64,000 bases of DNA from Gaiellaceae bacterium. Its GTDB lineage: Bacteria; Actinomycetota; Thermoleophilia; Gaiellales; Gaiellaceae. The notes beneath the pieces are model-generated. The model did no database searches, was not told the DNA's origin, and was given only the letters and a program-made list of their open reading frames with translations. Shown here one piece after another: positions 34,324-43,351 of this stretch. Numbering within the stretch: position 1 is the stretch's first letter; each line of letters starts with the position of its first letter. The stretch lies in assembly GCA_036271235.1 (NCBI GenBank), contig DATBBA010000002.1, positions 802 to 64,801 on the forward strand, given 5' to 3'. The position numbers and the translations under genes were made by a program.

Positions 34324-34827
34324 CTAGGACACCTTGTGCGAGGTCTTCTTCCGGTGAACGGCGTCGAAGTCGCGCACCTGCCACGTCTCTGCGGCGCCGT
34401 CGAGCTTGTAGCCCTTGATGTGGGAGTTCGTGATCTCGATCGCGAGGGAGCCGAGATCGAGCTCCTGCCCGGACTTGTTCGCCGCCGCCACCGTGAGCGT
34501 GAGCGAGTCGACCCGCGCGTGCTCGGTGGACAGGCGTTCCAGCTCGGCCGAGTGGGGCCCTTTCTGGGAGGTGACATCGAGGGTGTCGGGAACGTCGCTG
34601 GCCGCCCAGGCCGCGATGTTGCCGGCCGCCACGTCGATCAGCAGCTTGCCGAGCTGGATGGTCGCGCCCTTCGACGCCGGTGCTGCCTCGCGGGCGAGTA
34701 TCTGTCCGACGGCCCGGTTGCCGGCCACCTGCTGAAGCGCGAGGACGGGGTGGGCAGCGCGATCGCCCGGACGAGCCGGCGTGTCCTGGGGCCGCTTGCC
34801 TGGCGCGCGCTCACGATCGCGGGACAT
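34324..34827 (-). CDS. small protein: N-terminal LQQVAGNRAVGQIL leader motif + possible Hcp-like beta-barrel domain
   Basis: High third-position GC and no Sec signal. The C-terminal pattern ..SAELERL..VDSLTLTV..ELDLGSLAIEITNSHIKGYKL..ETWQVRDFDAV resembles the second half of Hcp by eye. The start could also be TTG 34848. Confidence 0.65.
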   Translation of the reverse strand: MSRDRERAPGKRPQDTPARPGDRAAHPVLALQQVAGNRAVGQILAREAAPASKGATIQLGKLLIDVAAGNIAAWAASDVPDTLDVTSQKGPHSAELERLSTEHARVDSLTLTVAAANKSGQELDLGSLAIEITNSHIKGYKLDGAAETWQVRDFDAVHRKKTSHKVS

Positions 34828-34957
34828 GACGAACCGACCGTATCGCAATCGGACGGCGGTTCGTGGGTGCCGTGTATGCGGGATCTATGCGCGTCGCCGG
34901 AAGAGTGGAGGCGAGCGGGCCGGACCGGTCGCTCGCTGACACTCCAAGGAGGTAACG

Positions 34958-35632
34958 ATGCATCGCACCAGGCTCGACCTGCGGGGGCAGAGCCCCTCGA
35001 ACTCGGCGTTGATCGCGGTGACGGCGGTAGTCGCGGCTCTTGCGGTCGCGGCTGCCGGTTCGGCGGCGGGCGCCGCCGGTTGCTCGTTCTGCGGCAAGAA
35101 TCTCGTCGTCAACCCCGGCGCCGAATCCGGCAAAGGCGTGACGGCGGCAGGGGCGAACGGAGCGGTGCCTCACTGGACGATCGCTGCGGGTCAGTTCGGG
35201 GCCGCCGCGTATACCGGCTTCGGCGTCGGCTGGTTCTCGTCGACCTCGAAGGGGCCGGCGGACCGGGGCAAGAACTACTTCTTCGGCGGCACGACGACGG
35301 CAGCGACCTCGGCGAAGGCCAGCATCGGCAGTCAGACGATCAAGCTTCCGTCGGGGGCCGCCGGCCACAAGGCCACCCTCAGCGGTTGGCTCGGGAACTA
35401 CGGCTCGAACACCGCGAGCGTCCGCGCGACGTTCGCGGACGCGTCGGGCAAGACGCTCACCGGGATCCGGATCGGCCCCGACTCGACGCTCGGAGGCGGC
35501 GACATGGGGCTTCGCTCCCGCACGGGCAGCGTTCCGGCCGGCGCCGCGAGCGTGGTCGTCACGATCACCTTCACTGACCACGCGAACTACAACCTCGCCG
35601 GCGCCGACGACGTCTCGCTCGTGCTGGGTTGA
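34958..35632 (+). CDS. secreted (possibly lipo-) protein with galactose-binding/CBM-like jelly-roll domain
   Basis: AAGGAGG SD. Signal peptide ending AAGC (lipobox-like). Also NLVVNPGAESG..HW.., ..IKLPSGAAG.. and ..AGADDVSLVL. Confidence 0.7.
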   Translation: MHRTRLDLRGQSPSNSALIAVTAVVAALAVAAAGSAAGAAGCSFCGKNLVVNPGAESGKGVTAAGANGAVPHWTIAAGQFGAAAYTGFGVGWFSSTSKGPADRGKNYFFGGTTTAATSAKASIGSQTIKLPSGAAGHKATLSGWLGNYGSNTASVRATFADASGKTLTGIRIGPDSTLGGGDMGLRSRTGSVPAGAASVVVTITFTDHANYNLAGADDVSLVLG

Positions 35633-35655
35633 GGTGCGCCGGTCGCACCGGCCGG

Positions 35656-38454
35656 TCAGAGCGAGCCCGCGAGGGCAAGCGCCTCGGCGTCCGCCAGTAC
35701 CCGCCCCGCACCCAGGAGGCCTTCGAGCTCGCGATCGTCGAGCGCCTTCCGGAGCCCCGCAAGAGTCCGGTCGTAGAGGAGTTGCTCGGCCGGCTTGATC
35801 GCGGCGCCGATCCGGTTGAGGAATGCGTCTGCGAAGCCGAGGACGACGGATGCGTCCTCGGCTTTCCCGGTCCGGGCGCCGATTGCGGCGAGCGCGATCA
35901 GGCACCAGGCCATGTCCTCCTTGTCGTTGACGCTCGCGGACAGTTCGAGCGCTTCGAGCAGGAGCGGCTGGGCGAGCTCGAGCCGGCCGCGCTCGATCTC
36001 GACCGCGCCGAGGTTGTACAGCGAGCGCGCGACGTTTGCCACGTCGTTCGCCTGGCGAAGCAGCGCAAGGCTCTGCTCGAACTGGTCCGCGGCGATCTCG
36101 AGCTCCCCCTGGGAGAGGGCGACGTCGCCGCGGTTGTTCCGTGCGAGCGCGATCAGGCGATCCTCGCCGAGCGCCTCGGCAGCCTCGATGCATTCGTCGA
36201 GGGTCTCTGCGGCGCGCTCGAGCTCGCCGAGACCGAGCAGGATCGCCCCGAGATTGCTGAGCGAGCGGACGATTCCTGTGTCGTCGCCGACCTCGCGGTA
36301 CAGGGCGAGCGCGCTCTCGGCGAGCGTGCGCGCACGAAGGTAGTCGCCCTGGAGGACCGCCAGCGCCGACGCGGTCCGCAGCGCCTTCGCGACCAGCGCC
36401 GGGTCCGCCGCCGCCGCCCCGTCGACGGCCTCCGCGAGTCGCTCCAGCCCCTCGCTGAGATGGCCGCGGATGTACCAGAAGCGCGCAAGCGAGGCGGCCA
36501 GCCGAAGTCTCGCCTCAGCCTCGCCCCGTTCTCCCAGCCAGTCGAGCGCACCGCGAAGATCGTCGTGAACGGCTTCGAGCTGCTCGAGCCAGAGGCCCTG
36601 CTCCGGACCGCTCAGCTCGGACTCGGCGCGTTCGGCCCAGCGAACGAAGTAGGCCGCGTGCAGGTCGTGTCCGTGCGCGTCGGCTGAGGGAAGTTCGAGC
36701 CCGTACCCGCGGACGACCTCGAGCAGCCCGTAGCTCGAACCGAAGCGGCGGACGATGCTCGCAGCGACCAGCGCATCGAGGGCCTTGTCGCCGTCCTCGG
36801 TTCCTTCCACGGCCCTCGCCGCCTCGAGAGTGAATCTGTTCCGGAAGATCGTCACCCTGCCGAAGAGATGCCGGGCCGCCGGATCGAGCAGCTCGAAGCT
36901 CCAGTCGATCGCGGCCCGCATCGTACGATGGCGCTCCGGTGCATCGCGAGCGCCTGCCGGGAGCGCATCGAGGCGGGAGTCGAGCAGCCGGACGAGATCC
37001 GACGGCGAGCGCGAGCGGAGCCACGGGGCGGCAAGCTCGATCGCGAGTGGGATTCCGTCCAGGCGCTCGCACACCTCGGCGAATCCCGGCGCTTCCGGGT
37101 CGATGTCGACTCCCGAGGCGGCGGCTCGGCTTGCGAGCAGCTCGCGGGCGGCATCTGTATCGAGCGGATGCAGCTCGACGACCCGCTCGGCCGAGAGTCG
37201 AAGGACGCTCCTGCTCGTGGCGAGCAGGGTCAGTCGCGGCGCGGCCGTGAGGATCGGCGGGAGCTCACCGGCCGCTTCCACGACGTGCTCGAAGTTGTCG
37301 AGGACGACGAGGAGCTCGCGGCCCGCGAGCTCCGCCGCCATCGTCTCGAGCCAGTCTCCGGGCTCACCTTCGCGAAGGCCGAGCGCCCTCGCGATCGCCG
37401 GAACGACCTGCTCGGCTCTGGAGAGCGGCGCAAGGTCGACGACGAGCGCCCCGTCGGCGAAGCGCTCGCCGAGCTCGGCGGCGAGCTCGATCGCGAGCCG
37501 GGTCTTGCCGATGCCGCCGAGCCCGACAAGGGAGACGAGCCGTGTCCGCGAGTCGAGGACGAGCTCGCGCAACGTCGCGAGCTCGATGTCCCGGCCGATG
37601 AGTCGTGTCGACGGAGGCACGACACGGCGAGCGGAGTGCGGCGCGAGGCTCGCTCCCTCGAGGGCCGGATCGTGGACGAGGATCCTCCGCTCGAGCTCAC
37701 GAAGCTCGGGCCCCGGCTCGAGTCCCAGCTCGGCGTCGAGATACGCACGACCCTCCCGGTAGCAGGCAAGCGCGTCTGCCTGCCTGCCCGCCCTGTAGAG
37801 CGCAGTCATGAGGTGGGCCCGCAAGCGCTCGCGCAGCGGAAACTCGGCCACGAGCCTTTCGAGGCCGGGGATGAGCTCGTCGTGCCGGCCGAGTCGCAAC
37901 CCGGCCTCGAAGCGTCCTTCGAGCGCCTGCAGGCGGAGCTCTTCCAGCCGCGCCGTCTCCTCGAGCGCGAACTGCTCGCCGTTCAACTCGACGAGCGCCT
38001 GGCCCCTCCAGAGCTCGAGCGCTCGCGTGAAGAGCGACTCGGCGAGACGGTCGTTGGTATCCGCGAGTGCCTCCCGGCCGTCGACAAGCAGGTTCTCGAA
38101 ACGCTCGGCATCGAGTTCGCCCTCCGCCACCACCAGCCGGTATCGGGCGCGCTCGGTGACGAGGCGGCCGGGCGGAAGGCTGCGTCGAAGCTGCGCGATG
38201 TAGACGCGCAGGACACTGGGCGCGGACGCCGGCGGCGCCCCGTTCCAGATCGCCTCGATCAGTGTCTCGGCGCTGAGCGCCTCGCCGGCGCGCAGCGCCA
38301 TTGCCGCCAGAAGGCGCTCCGGCATCGGGGCAAGCTGGAACGGCGAACCTCCTACCCGTAGCTCGAACGGGCCGAGCACTCGAAGCTCGATCCGATTCTC
38401 GAGCTCCTCGCGCAGCCGGGACTCCGGCTCTGCAGCTGGGTCATTCGACGGCAA
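35656..38454 (-). CDS. SARP/AfsR-family transcriptional regulator (OmpR-type DNA-binding + BTAD + NB-ARC ATPase + TPR)
   Basis: N-terminal winged helix and BTAD (ELWRGQAL..LEELRLQALE..), Walker A GLGGIGKTRLA, and long TPR-like C-terminal repeats. Confidence 0.9.
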   Translation of the reverse strand: MPSNDPAAEPESRLREELENRIELRVLGPFELRVGGSPFQLAPMPERLLAAMALRAGEALSAETLIEAIWNGAPPASAPSVLRVYIAQLRRSLPPGRLVTERARYRLVVAEGELDAERFENLLVDGREALADTNDRLAESLFTRALELWRGQALVELNGEQFALEETARLEELRLQALEGRFEAGLRLGRHDELIPGLERLVAEFPLRERLRAHLMTALYRAGRQADALACYREGRAYLDAELGLEPGPELRELERRILVHDPALEGASLAPHSARRVVPPSTRLIGRDIELATLRELVLDSRTRLVSLVGLGGIGKTRLAIELAAELGERFADGALVVDLAPLSRAEQVVPAIARALGLREGEPGDWLETMAAELAGRELLVVLDNFEHVVEAAGELPPILTAAPRLTLLATSRSVLRLSAERVVELHPLDTDAARELLASRAAASGVDIDPEAPGFAEVCERLDGIPLAIELAAPWLRSRSPSDLVRLLDSRLDALPAGARDAPERHRTMRAAIDWSFELLDPAARHLFGRVTIFRNRFTLEAARAVEGTEDGDKALDALVAASIVRRFGSSYGLLEVVRGYGLELPSADAHGHDLHAAYFVRWAERAESELSGPEQGLWLEQLEAVHDDLRGALDWLGERGEAEARLRLAASLARFWYIRGHLSEGLERLAEAVDGAAAADPALVAKALRTASALAVLQGDYLRARTLAESALALYREVGDDTGIVRSLSNLGAILLGLGELERAAETLDECIEAAEALGEDRLIALARNNRGDVALSQGELEIAADQFEQSLALLRQANDVANVARSLYNLGAVEIERGRLELAQPLLLEALELSASVNDKEDMAWCLIALAAIGARTGKAEDASVVLGFADAFLNRIGAAIKPAEQLLYDRTLAGLRKALDDRELEGLLGAGRVLADAEALALAGSL

Positions 38455-38776
38455 TGCTCAATCTCCCCGACTCAAACTGGCAGCCTTCCGCGAACTTCGA
38501 CCTCGACCGGAACGCTAGCGAGGTATCGGGTGATCCCCCACGTTGTCCGCGCTTGCGCGTCGATTCTTTGCGGAGTCCCTCGAAGAGCCGCGGGGCTCGC
38601 CGCGTCGAGATCCGCGGGTGTAGTCGGCCGGCCGCCCAGGTTATAGTCGCGTTCGAGCCCGAATCGATGATGCCGCTGCGGTTGATCCACGCGCGAAAGC
38701 GCGCGCTTCGCGGGGCGATGTCAGTACCGCGATCACAGGGCCATGCCCAACTCGAACCAACCGACGAAAGGCCATC

Positions 38777-39250
38777 GTGTACAAGGCTCTCAATCGCGCA
38801 CTCGCAGTCGTCGTGGTCGTGTTCTCTGTCGGCGCCGCGTCCGCAGCAGCGGCCTCGCCGTCGATCCACACGGGGCAAACGACGGCGTCGTGCTCCCAGT
38901 GGGGCATCACCGGCACCTGGGGCTCGACCGCCTCGAACAACTACCACGTCTCGTACCGCTTCACCCAGCACGGGACGACGCTCACCGGCCGCGCGACGAT
39001 CCCTCCAGCGGAGGCGAAGCTCGCCGGCTTTTCGACCGGAACGCTCGCCGGCACGTTGAAGGGCAGCCAGCTCCGTTTCATCGTCACGTGGGCGCCGCGG
39101 GCAAGCGATCACGTCCGTCTCCGCGGCCTCTACGTGGGCGCGGTCACAAACGGTCACGCTACGGGCCATGCCCAGGACCTGACGACGAAGCCCAAGCAAC
39201 CACAGGCGGCATGGACGGCCACCGGACCGACGAGCTGCACCCGGAAGTGA
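38777..39250 (+). CDS. small secreted protein, possibly avidin-like beta-barrel
   Basis: GTG start with GAAAGG SD and a signal peptide. Mature part WGITGTWGS..TLTGRA..RFIVTW..LRGLYVGA parallels streptavidin strands by eye. Two Cys residues. Confidence 0.6.
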   Translation: MYKALNRALAVVVVVFSVGAASAAAASPSIHTGQTTASCSQWGITGTWGSTASNNYHVSYRFTQHGTTLTGRATIPPAEAKLAGFSTGTLAGTLKGSQLRFIVTWAPRASDHVRLRGLYVGAVTNGHATGHAQDLTTKPKQPQAAWTATGPTSCTRK

Positions 39251-39414
39251 CCCGGGTGGAGACAGCGATCCGAAGCGGGCGCTGTTCCGAGAGTCGACTT
39301 CGCGTGTCGAGGTGTGCAACCGATGAGTCCGGCCCGCCGTTGATGTCTCACCAAGGCGACATCGACAAGTCGCGGAGTTCCGAGGCATCTGAAACACAAG
39401 GAGGCGGTCGCGTC

Positions 39415-40185
39415 ATGGGGAGCTACGTCGATCTCGGCGGGGTACGGACGTGGTACGACGAACGAGGCTCCGGTGAGCCGCTCGTTCTCCTTCATCCCGG
39501 TGGCGCCGGTGTGGACTCGAGGGCGTTCGGGCCGAACCTCGACGGGCTGTCGTCGCGGTTCCGCACGTTCACTCCGGAACGGCGCGCCCACGGCCGGACA
39601 CCCGACGTCGAAGGCCCGATCAGCTTCGAACTGATGGCCGCCGACACGATCGGCTTCCTGGAACAGGTGGTAGGGGGCCCGGCCAGGATCCTCGGTGTGA
39701 GCGACGGGGCGATCGTCGGGCTGCTAGTCGCCCTCCGCCGGCCCGATCTCGTGACGCGGCTCGTGTTCGCAGCCGGCGTGTTCCACCACGACGGGTGGTG
39801 GCCGCAGGTGATCGGCTCCGACGGCGAGCCGCCCGAGTTTCTCGCAGCGAGCTACGCCGAGCTCTCTCCCGACGGTGCTCCCCACTATCGCGTGGTGGTG
39901 GACAAGCTCGCCGGCATGCACCGGATCGAGCCGACGTTGACCACGGACGACCTGGCCGGGATACCGTGCCGGACGCTGGTCATGCTGGGTGACGACGACG
40001 AGGTCGTCCTCGAGCACGGAATCGCTCTGTATCGCGCCCTGCCGGACGCGGAGCTCGCCGTCGTCCCCGGCACATCGCACGGTCTGCTCGTCGAGAAGCC
40101 CGAGCTCTGCAACACGATGATCCTCGACTTCCTGGCCAACGACCCGGTGCCGACTTTCGCGCCGATCCGCCGGGCTCCGGGATGA
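39415..40185 (+). CDS. alpha/beta-fold hydrolase
   Basis: AAGGAGG SD. LVLLHPGGAG, nucleophile elbow GVSDGA, and C-terminal GTSHG. Confidence 0.85.
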   Translation: MGSYVDLGGVRTWYDERGSGEPLVLLHPGGAGVDSRAFGPNLDGLSSRFRTFTPERRAHGRTPDVEGPISFELMAADTIGFLEQVVGGPARILGVSDGAIVGLLVALRRPDLVTRLVFAAGVFHHDGWWPQVIGSDGEPPEFLAASYAELSPDGAPHYRVVVDKLAGMHRIEPTLTTDDLAGIPCRTLVMLGDDDEVVLEHGIALYRALPDAELAVVPGTSHGLLVEKPELCNTMILDFLANDPVPTFAPIRRAPG

Positions 40186-40291
40186 CTCCCAACCGTGTCC
40201 AGGGCCCGGGGGAGGTCGACCTCCTTCGCCGGCGAGCCTCCGACCGCGCGCTACCCGGCAGGATGGGCGGAGCGATCGAGGAAGGAGGCTG

Positions 40292-40732
40292 ATGAAGGCT
40301 CGAATCGATGTGATCACCCTTGCTGTCGGCGATCTCGAGCGGGCACTTCGCTTCTATCGCGACGGTCTCGGGCTCGCGAGCTCAGGCATCACGGGAACCG
40401 ACTACAAGGGTGACGAGTCAACGCCCGCCGGCGACGTCGTGATGTTCGAGCTGTCCGGTGGCCTCCTGCTGTCTCTCTATCCTCGATCGGAGCTCGCGAA
40501 GGACGCGAACATCGCGTTCGGGCCACCGAAGGCCGGCGAGTTCAGTCTCGGCCACATCGTCCCTCGGAGAGCCGATGTGGATGCGGTGCTCGAGCGGGCG
40601 GTCGCAGCGGGCGCGACGCTGACCGAGGAGCCTCACGACCGGGCCTGGAAGATCTACTCGGGCTACTTCCGTGACCCGGACGGCCATCTGTGGGAGATCA
40701 TCTGGAACGCCCGAACCGGCACCGACAGCTAG
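40292..40732 (+). CDS. VOC/glyoxalase-family protein
   Basis: IDVITLAVGDLERALRFYRDGLGL ... FRDPDGHLWEI. Confidence 0.85.
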   Translation: MKARIDVITLAVGDLERALRFYRDGLGLASSGITGTDYKGDESTPAGDVVMFELSGGLLLSLYPRSELAKDANIAFGPPKAGEFSLGHIVPRRADVDAVLERAVAAGATLTEEPHDRAWKIYSGYFRDPDGHLWEIIWNARTGTDS

Positions 40733-40890
40733 GCCATGACGCTCGCAACGAGCACATCGAAGCGAGGGCCGGAAGGCCGCTGATCCCGGCGGGCCACACC
40801 GGGCCGAGCGAGCGGGCCGGACGCTGGGCGCCGCACCTACGGCTTCCGGGACCGGCTCATAGGGTCACCAGAACTGCGGCCATCGAACGT

Positions 40891-40920
40891 TTGACGCGCA
40901 CCTGACGGCCATGATATGTC
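40891..40920 (+). promoter_or_regulatory. candidate promoter in an AT-rich island; would give a leaderless or near-leaderless mRNA for the 40926 gene
   Basis: TTGACG-18 nt-TATGTC, ending 5 nt before ATG 40926. Local GC is far below its surroundings. Confidence 0.3.
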
Positions 40921-40925
40921 TATAG

Positions 40926-42275
40926 ATGTTCATGTACGTAACTGGACGTAACCCTGTGCTCCGCCCCCACACGGCCGACGTGGACCGCCCGATGCGGCTC
41001 GATGCGGGCGCGTTCCTCAAGCGGTGCCATCATCTCGAGGCGGCGTTGGTGCGGACATGCGCCGGCTGGATACCGTCGGTGCACGCAATCGAGACGAAGG
41101 CGTTGCTCGCGAAGCTGAGCTGGGAATCGGCGCTCACGGCCGGTGCGTTGCGAGAGCGCGTCTTCGAGATGCGGTTCCCGAGCCGGCTCATGGACGTAGG
41201 AGTGGATGAACCGCTCGTCGCAGTCTTCCGAGCCTCCGCGCATGCGCCGTCGTCGACGGCCCTGCTCGAGGCGCTGGCTCGAACGTACTTCCCGACCCTC
41301 ATCAAGGCGCACGGCGAGTACCTCGAGGCGACCGACGCCCTTGCGGATGCTCCCTCACGGCGCTTCCTCGAGCAGTCGATCCGAGAGAAGACGCGCGCGA
41401 TCAGCGACCTCGAGGATGCGCTCGCAGACGAGTTGCTGGCTACCGGGCCGGATCACGAAGGCTCTGCCTCCGCATGGCTCCAGGCAATCGACGCCGCGCT
41501 TGCCGAGGTGGGCGGCGTCGGGCCCGATGAGCCGCCGGAGCTCTCGATGCCCGCTGTTCTCCCTCCGGGCCGGTCGTACGCGATTCCGGTCGATCCCGCG
41601 CGGGACGGTCGATACCTTCCGTGCACCTTCTACTGGCCCGACACGCTCGACCCCGAGTACGGGTACGGATCCGGGATTCGCCTCCAGTTGCGAAGTGCGG
41701 TGAGCCACCTCAACGAGGTCTGGGCGGTCGAGGTCGCCGGGGCGGCGCTGTACGAGCTGAGCGATGTCCTCGGCTGGGAGTTCACGGCCGACGCCGCACG
41801 CTGGACCTACGACGAGTCACGTCATATGCTGATGGGGCAGCGGCGGCTCGCCGCGTGGGGCCTCGATCCGGCGGAGATTCCGCTCGGCCGCTACATCTAT
41901 GACGCGAGCGCCGCCGGCGGCGACCCGATCTACCGGATCGGGATGCTCGGCTTCTTCGAGACGAAGAACATCGGGAAGAAGAAGACGAGGGCCCGCGCGT
42001 TCGGCTCGATGGGTGATCCGATGAGCCAGCGCGACATGCAGTTCGACTGGGCCGACGAGACGATCCATGCCGAGTACGGCCGGCGGTGGCTGAAGCGTCT
42101 GCTCGAGGCCCAGGGCCGCTCCGCCGACGACTATTCGGCGATCCTCGACGAATGCGAGGCGCTCGTGAGCGAATGCAAGACGGGCGTCTCACCCGAAGAG
42201 CTCGCGACCGTCGTGGCCTGCGCCGAACGCCTCGTCAGCCGGTCGGAGCAACTTGCGGCCGACTCCGGCGAGTGA
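40926..42275 (+). CDS. ferritin-like di-iron-carboxylate protein (tandem four-helix-bundle halves)
   Basis: The C-terminal half carries E...ExxH twice (NEVWAVEVAG, YDESRHMLMG, FFETKN, WADETIHAEYG). The N-terminal half keeps the helix pattern (IETKALLAK) but not the His ligands. The start could be ATG 40992. Confidence 0.7.
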   Translation: MFMYVTGRNPVLRPHTADVDRPMRLDAGAFLKRCHHLEAALVRTCAGWIPSVHAIETKALLAKLSWESALTAGALRERVFEMRFPSRLMDVGVDEPLVAVFRASAHAPSSTALLEALARTYFPTLIKAHGEYLEATDALADAPSRRFLEQSIREKTRAISDLEDALADELLATGPDHEGSASAWLQAIDAALAEVGGVGPDEPPELSMPAVLPPGRSYAIPVDPARDGRYLPCTFYWPDTLDPEYGYGSGIRLQLRSAVSHLNEVWAVEVAGAALYELSDVLGWEFTADAARWTYDESRHMLMGQRRLAAWGLDPAEIPLGRYIYDASAAGGDPIYRIGMLGFFETKNIGKKKTRARAFGSMGDPMSQRDMQFDWADETIHAEYGRRWLKRLLEAQGRSADDYSAILDECEALVSECKTGVSPEELATVVACAERLVSRSEQLAADSGE

Positions 42276-43351
42276 CCGCGGCCGAAGCGCTCGAGGCGCA
42301 CGCAGTCGTGCTCGACGCACACGGCGGCAGGCCGAGATGCGCCGAGGTTCGCGTCGAACCACCCGGCGCCGGGGAGGCGCGAGTCCGCATGCTCGCCGCC
42401 GGCGTTTGCCACACGGATCTCGCGGCGGTGAGGGATGCACGAACTGTCCCGGTCGTGCTCGGGCATGAAGGCGTCGGCGTCGTGGAAAGCGTCGGCCCGG
42501 GGGGCGACAACGAGCTCGTCGGAACGCGGGTGCTCCTCTCGTGGAAGACGCCCTGCGGGCGCTGTCGCCGCTGCCTGAAGGGGGCCGGGCACCTCTGCGA
42601 GGCGACCATCGGTGTAGCGGCTCCGCGCGTTTCTCTCCGGGGAGCACCTCTCGCCGTCATGCTCGACGTCGGGTGCTTCTGTACCTACGCCGTCGTTCCG
42701 GAGCAGGCACTGATCGCCGTGCCGCCGGGCCTTCCGGATGCCCATGCTGCGCTTGTCGGCTGCGCAGTCGCGACCGGGATCGGGGCAGCAGAGCTCACTG
42801 CGAAGATCGAGCCGGGGGCGTTCGTCGGTGTCTGGGGGGTGGGTGGAGTCGGCGCGAACATCGTCGTCGGAGCAAAGCTCGCGCTGGCCGAGGTGATCGT
42901 CGCCGTCGATCCCGACTGCGACCGGCGCGCCGCGGCCAGAGCCCGCGGCGCGACGGTGGCGTGTGCACCCGAAGACGCTGCGGCGGTCGTCGCCGAAGCT
43001 ACGGGAGGACACGGGGTCGACACCGCCTTCGAAGTGGTCGGACGCCCCGAGGTGATGTCGGAGGCTCTCGAGTGCCTCGGTGTCGGTGGGCGGCTCGTCC
43101 TCGTCGGAGCAGCAGCGCGGGACGCCCAACTCCTCTTCGAGCCCCGGCGCTTCATGAGTCGTCAGCAGGCGATCATCGGCTGCATCTACGGCTCGATCAG
43201 ACCGCGGTTCGATCTCGAGCGGCTGCTACGTCTGTGTGCCGACGGAACGGTCCCGGTTGCCGACCTGATCGGGCGGACAGTCGGCCTCCGTGACGTGCCG
43301 GAGCTCTTCGGCCGCCCGACGGAGGGCCTGCGAACGGTCATCGCGTTTTGA
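42272..43351 (+). CDS. zinc-dependent alcohol dehydrogenase (MDR family)
   Basis: GVCHTDL, GHEGVGVVESVG, CGRCRRC and GVGGVG motifs. The GTG start overlaps the upstream TGA (GTGA). Confidence 0.85.
   Translation: MTAAEALEAHAVVLDAHGGRPRCAEVRVEPPGAGEARVRMLAAGVCHTDLAAVRDARTVPVVLGHEGVGVVESVGPGGDNELVGTRVLLSWKTPCGRCRRCLKGAGHLCEATIGVAAPRVSLRGAPLAVMLDVGCFCTYAVVPEQALIAVPPGLPDAHAALVGCAVATGIGAAELTAKIEPGAFVGVWGVGGVGANIVVGAKLALAEVIVAVDPDCDRRAAARARGATVACAPEDAAAVVAEATGGHGVDTAFEVVGRPEVMSEALECLGVGGRLVLVGAAARDAQLLFEPRRFMSRQQAIIGCIYGSIRPRFDLERLLRLCADGTVPVADLIGRTVGLRDVPELFGRPTEGLRTVIAF

Noticed and set aside
35656-38454. The NB-ARC/TPR STAND NTPase as an Avs-type antiviral sensor.
   Set aside because: It has an N-terminal OmpR-type winged helix plus a BTAD domain and no nuclease, protease or other effector domain. 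That is the standard AfsR/SARP regulator architecture.
38472-38690. 72-aa minus-strand ORF in the SARP upstream region.
   Set aside because: Its third-position GC is about 64% by hand count, well below what I saw when hand-translating real genes here. It has no SD and no motifs, so it is probably non-coding promoter DNA.
38655-38695. A GTTCGAGCC element resembling a tRNA T-loop in the SARP upstream region.
   Set aside because: The flanks cannot form a T-stem, and I could find no acceptor, D or anticodon arms. It is not a tRNA.
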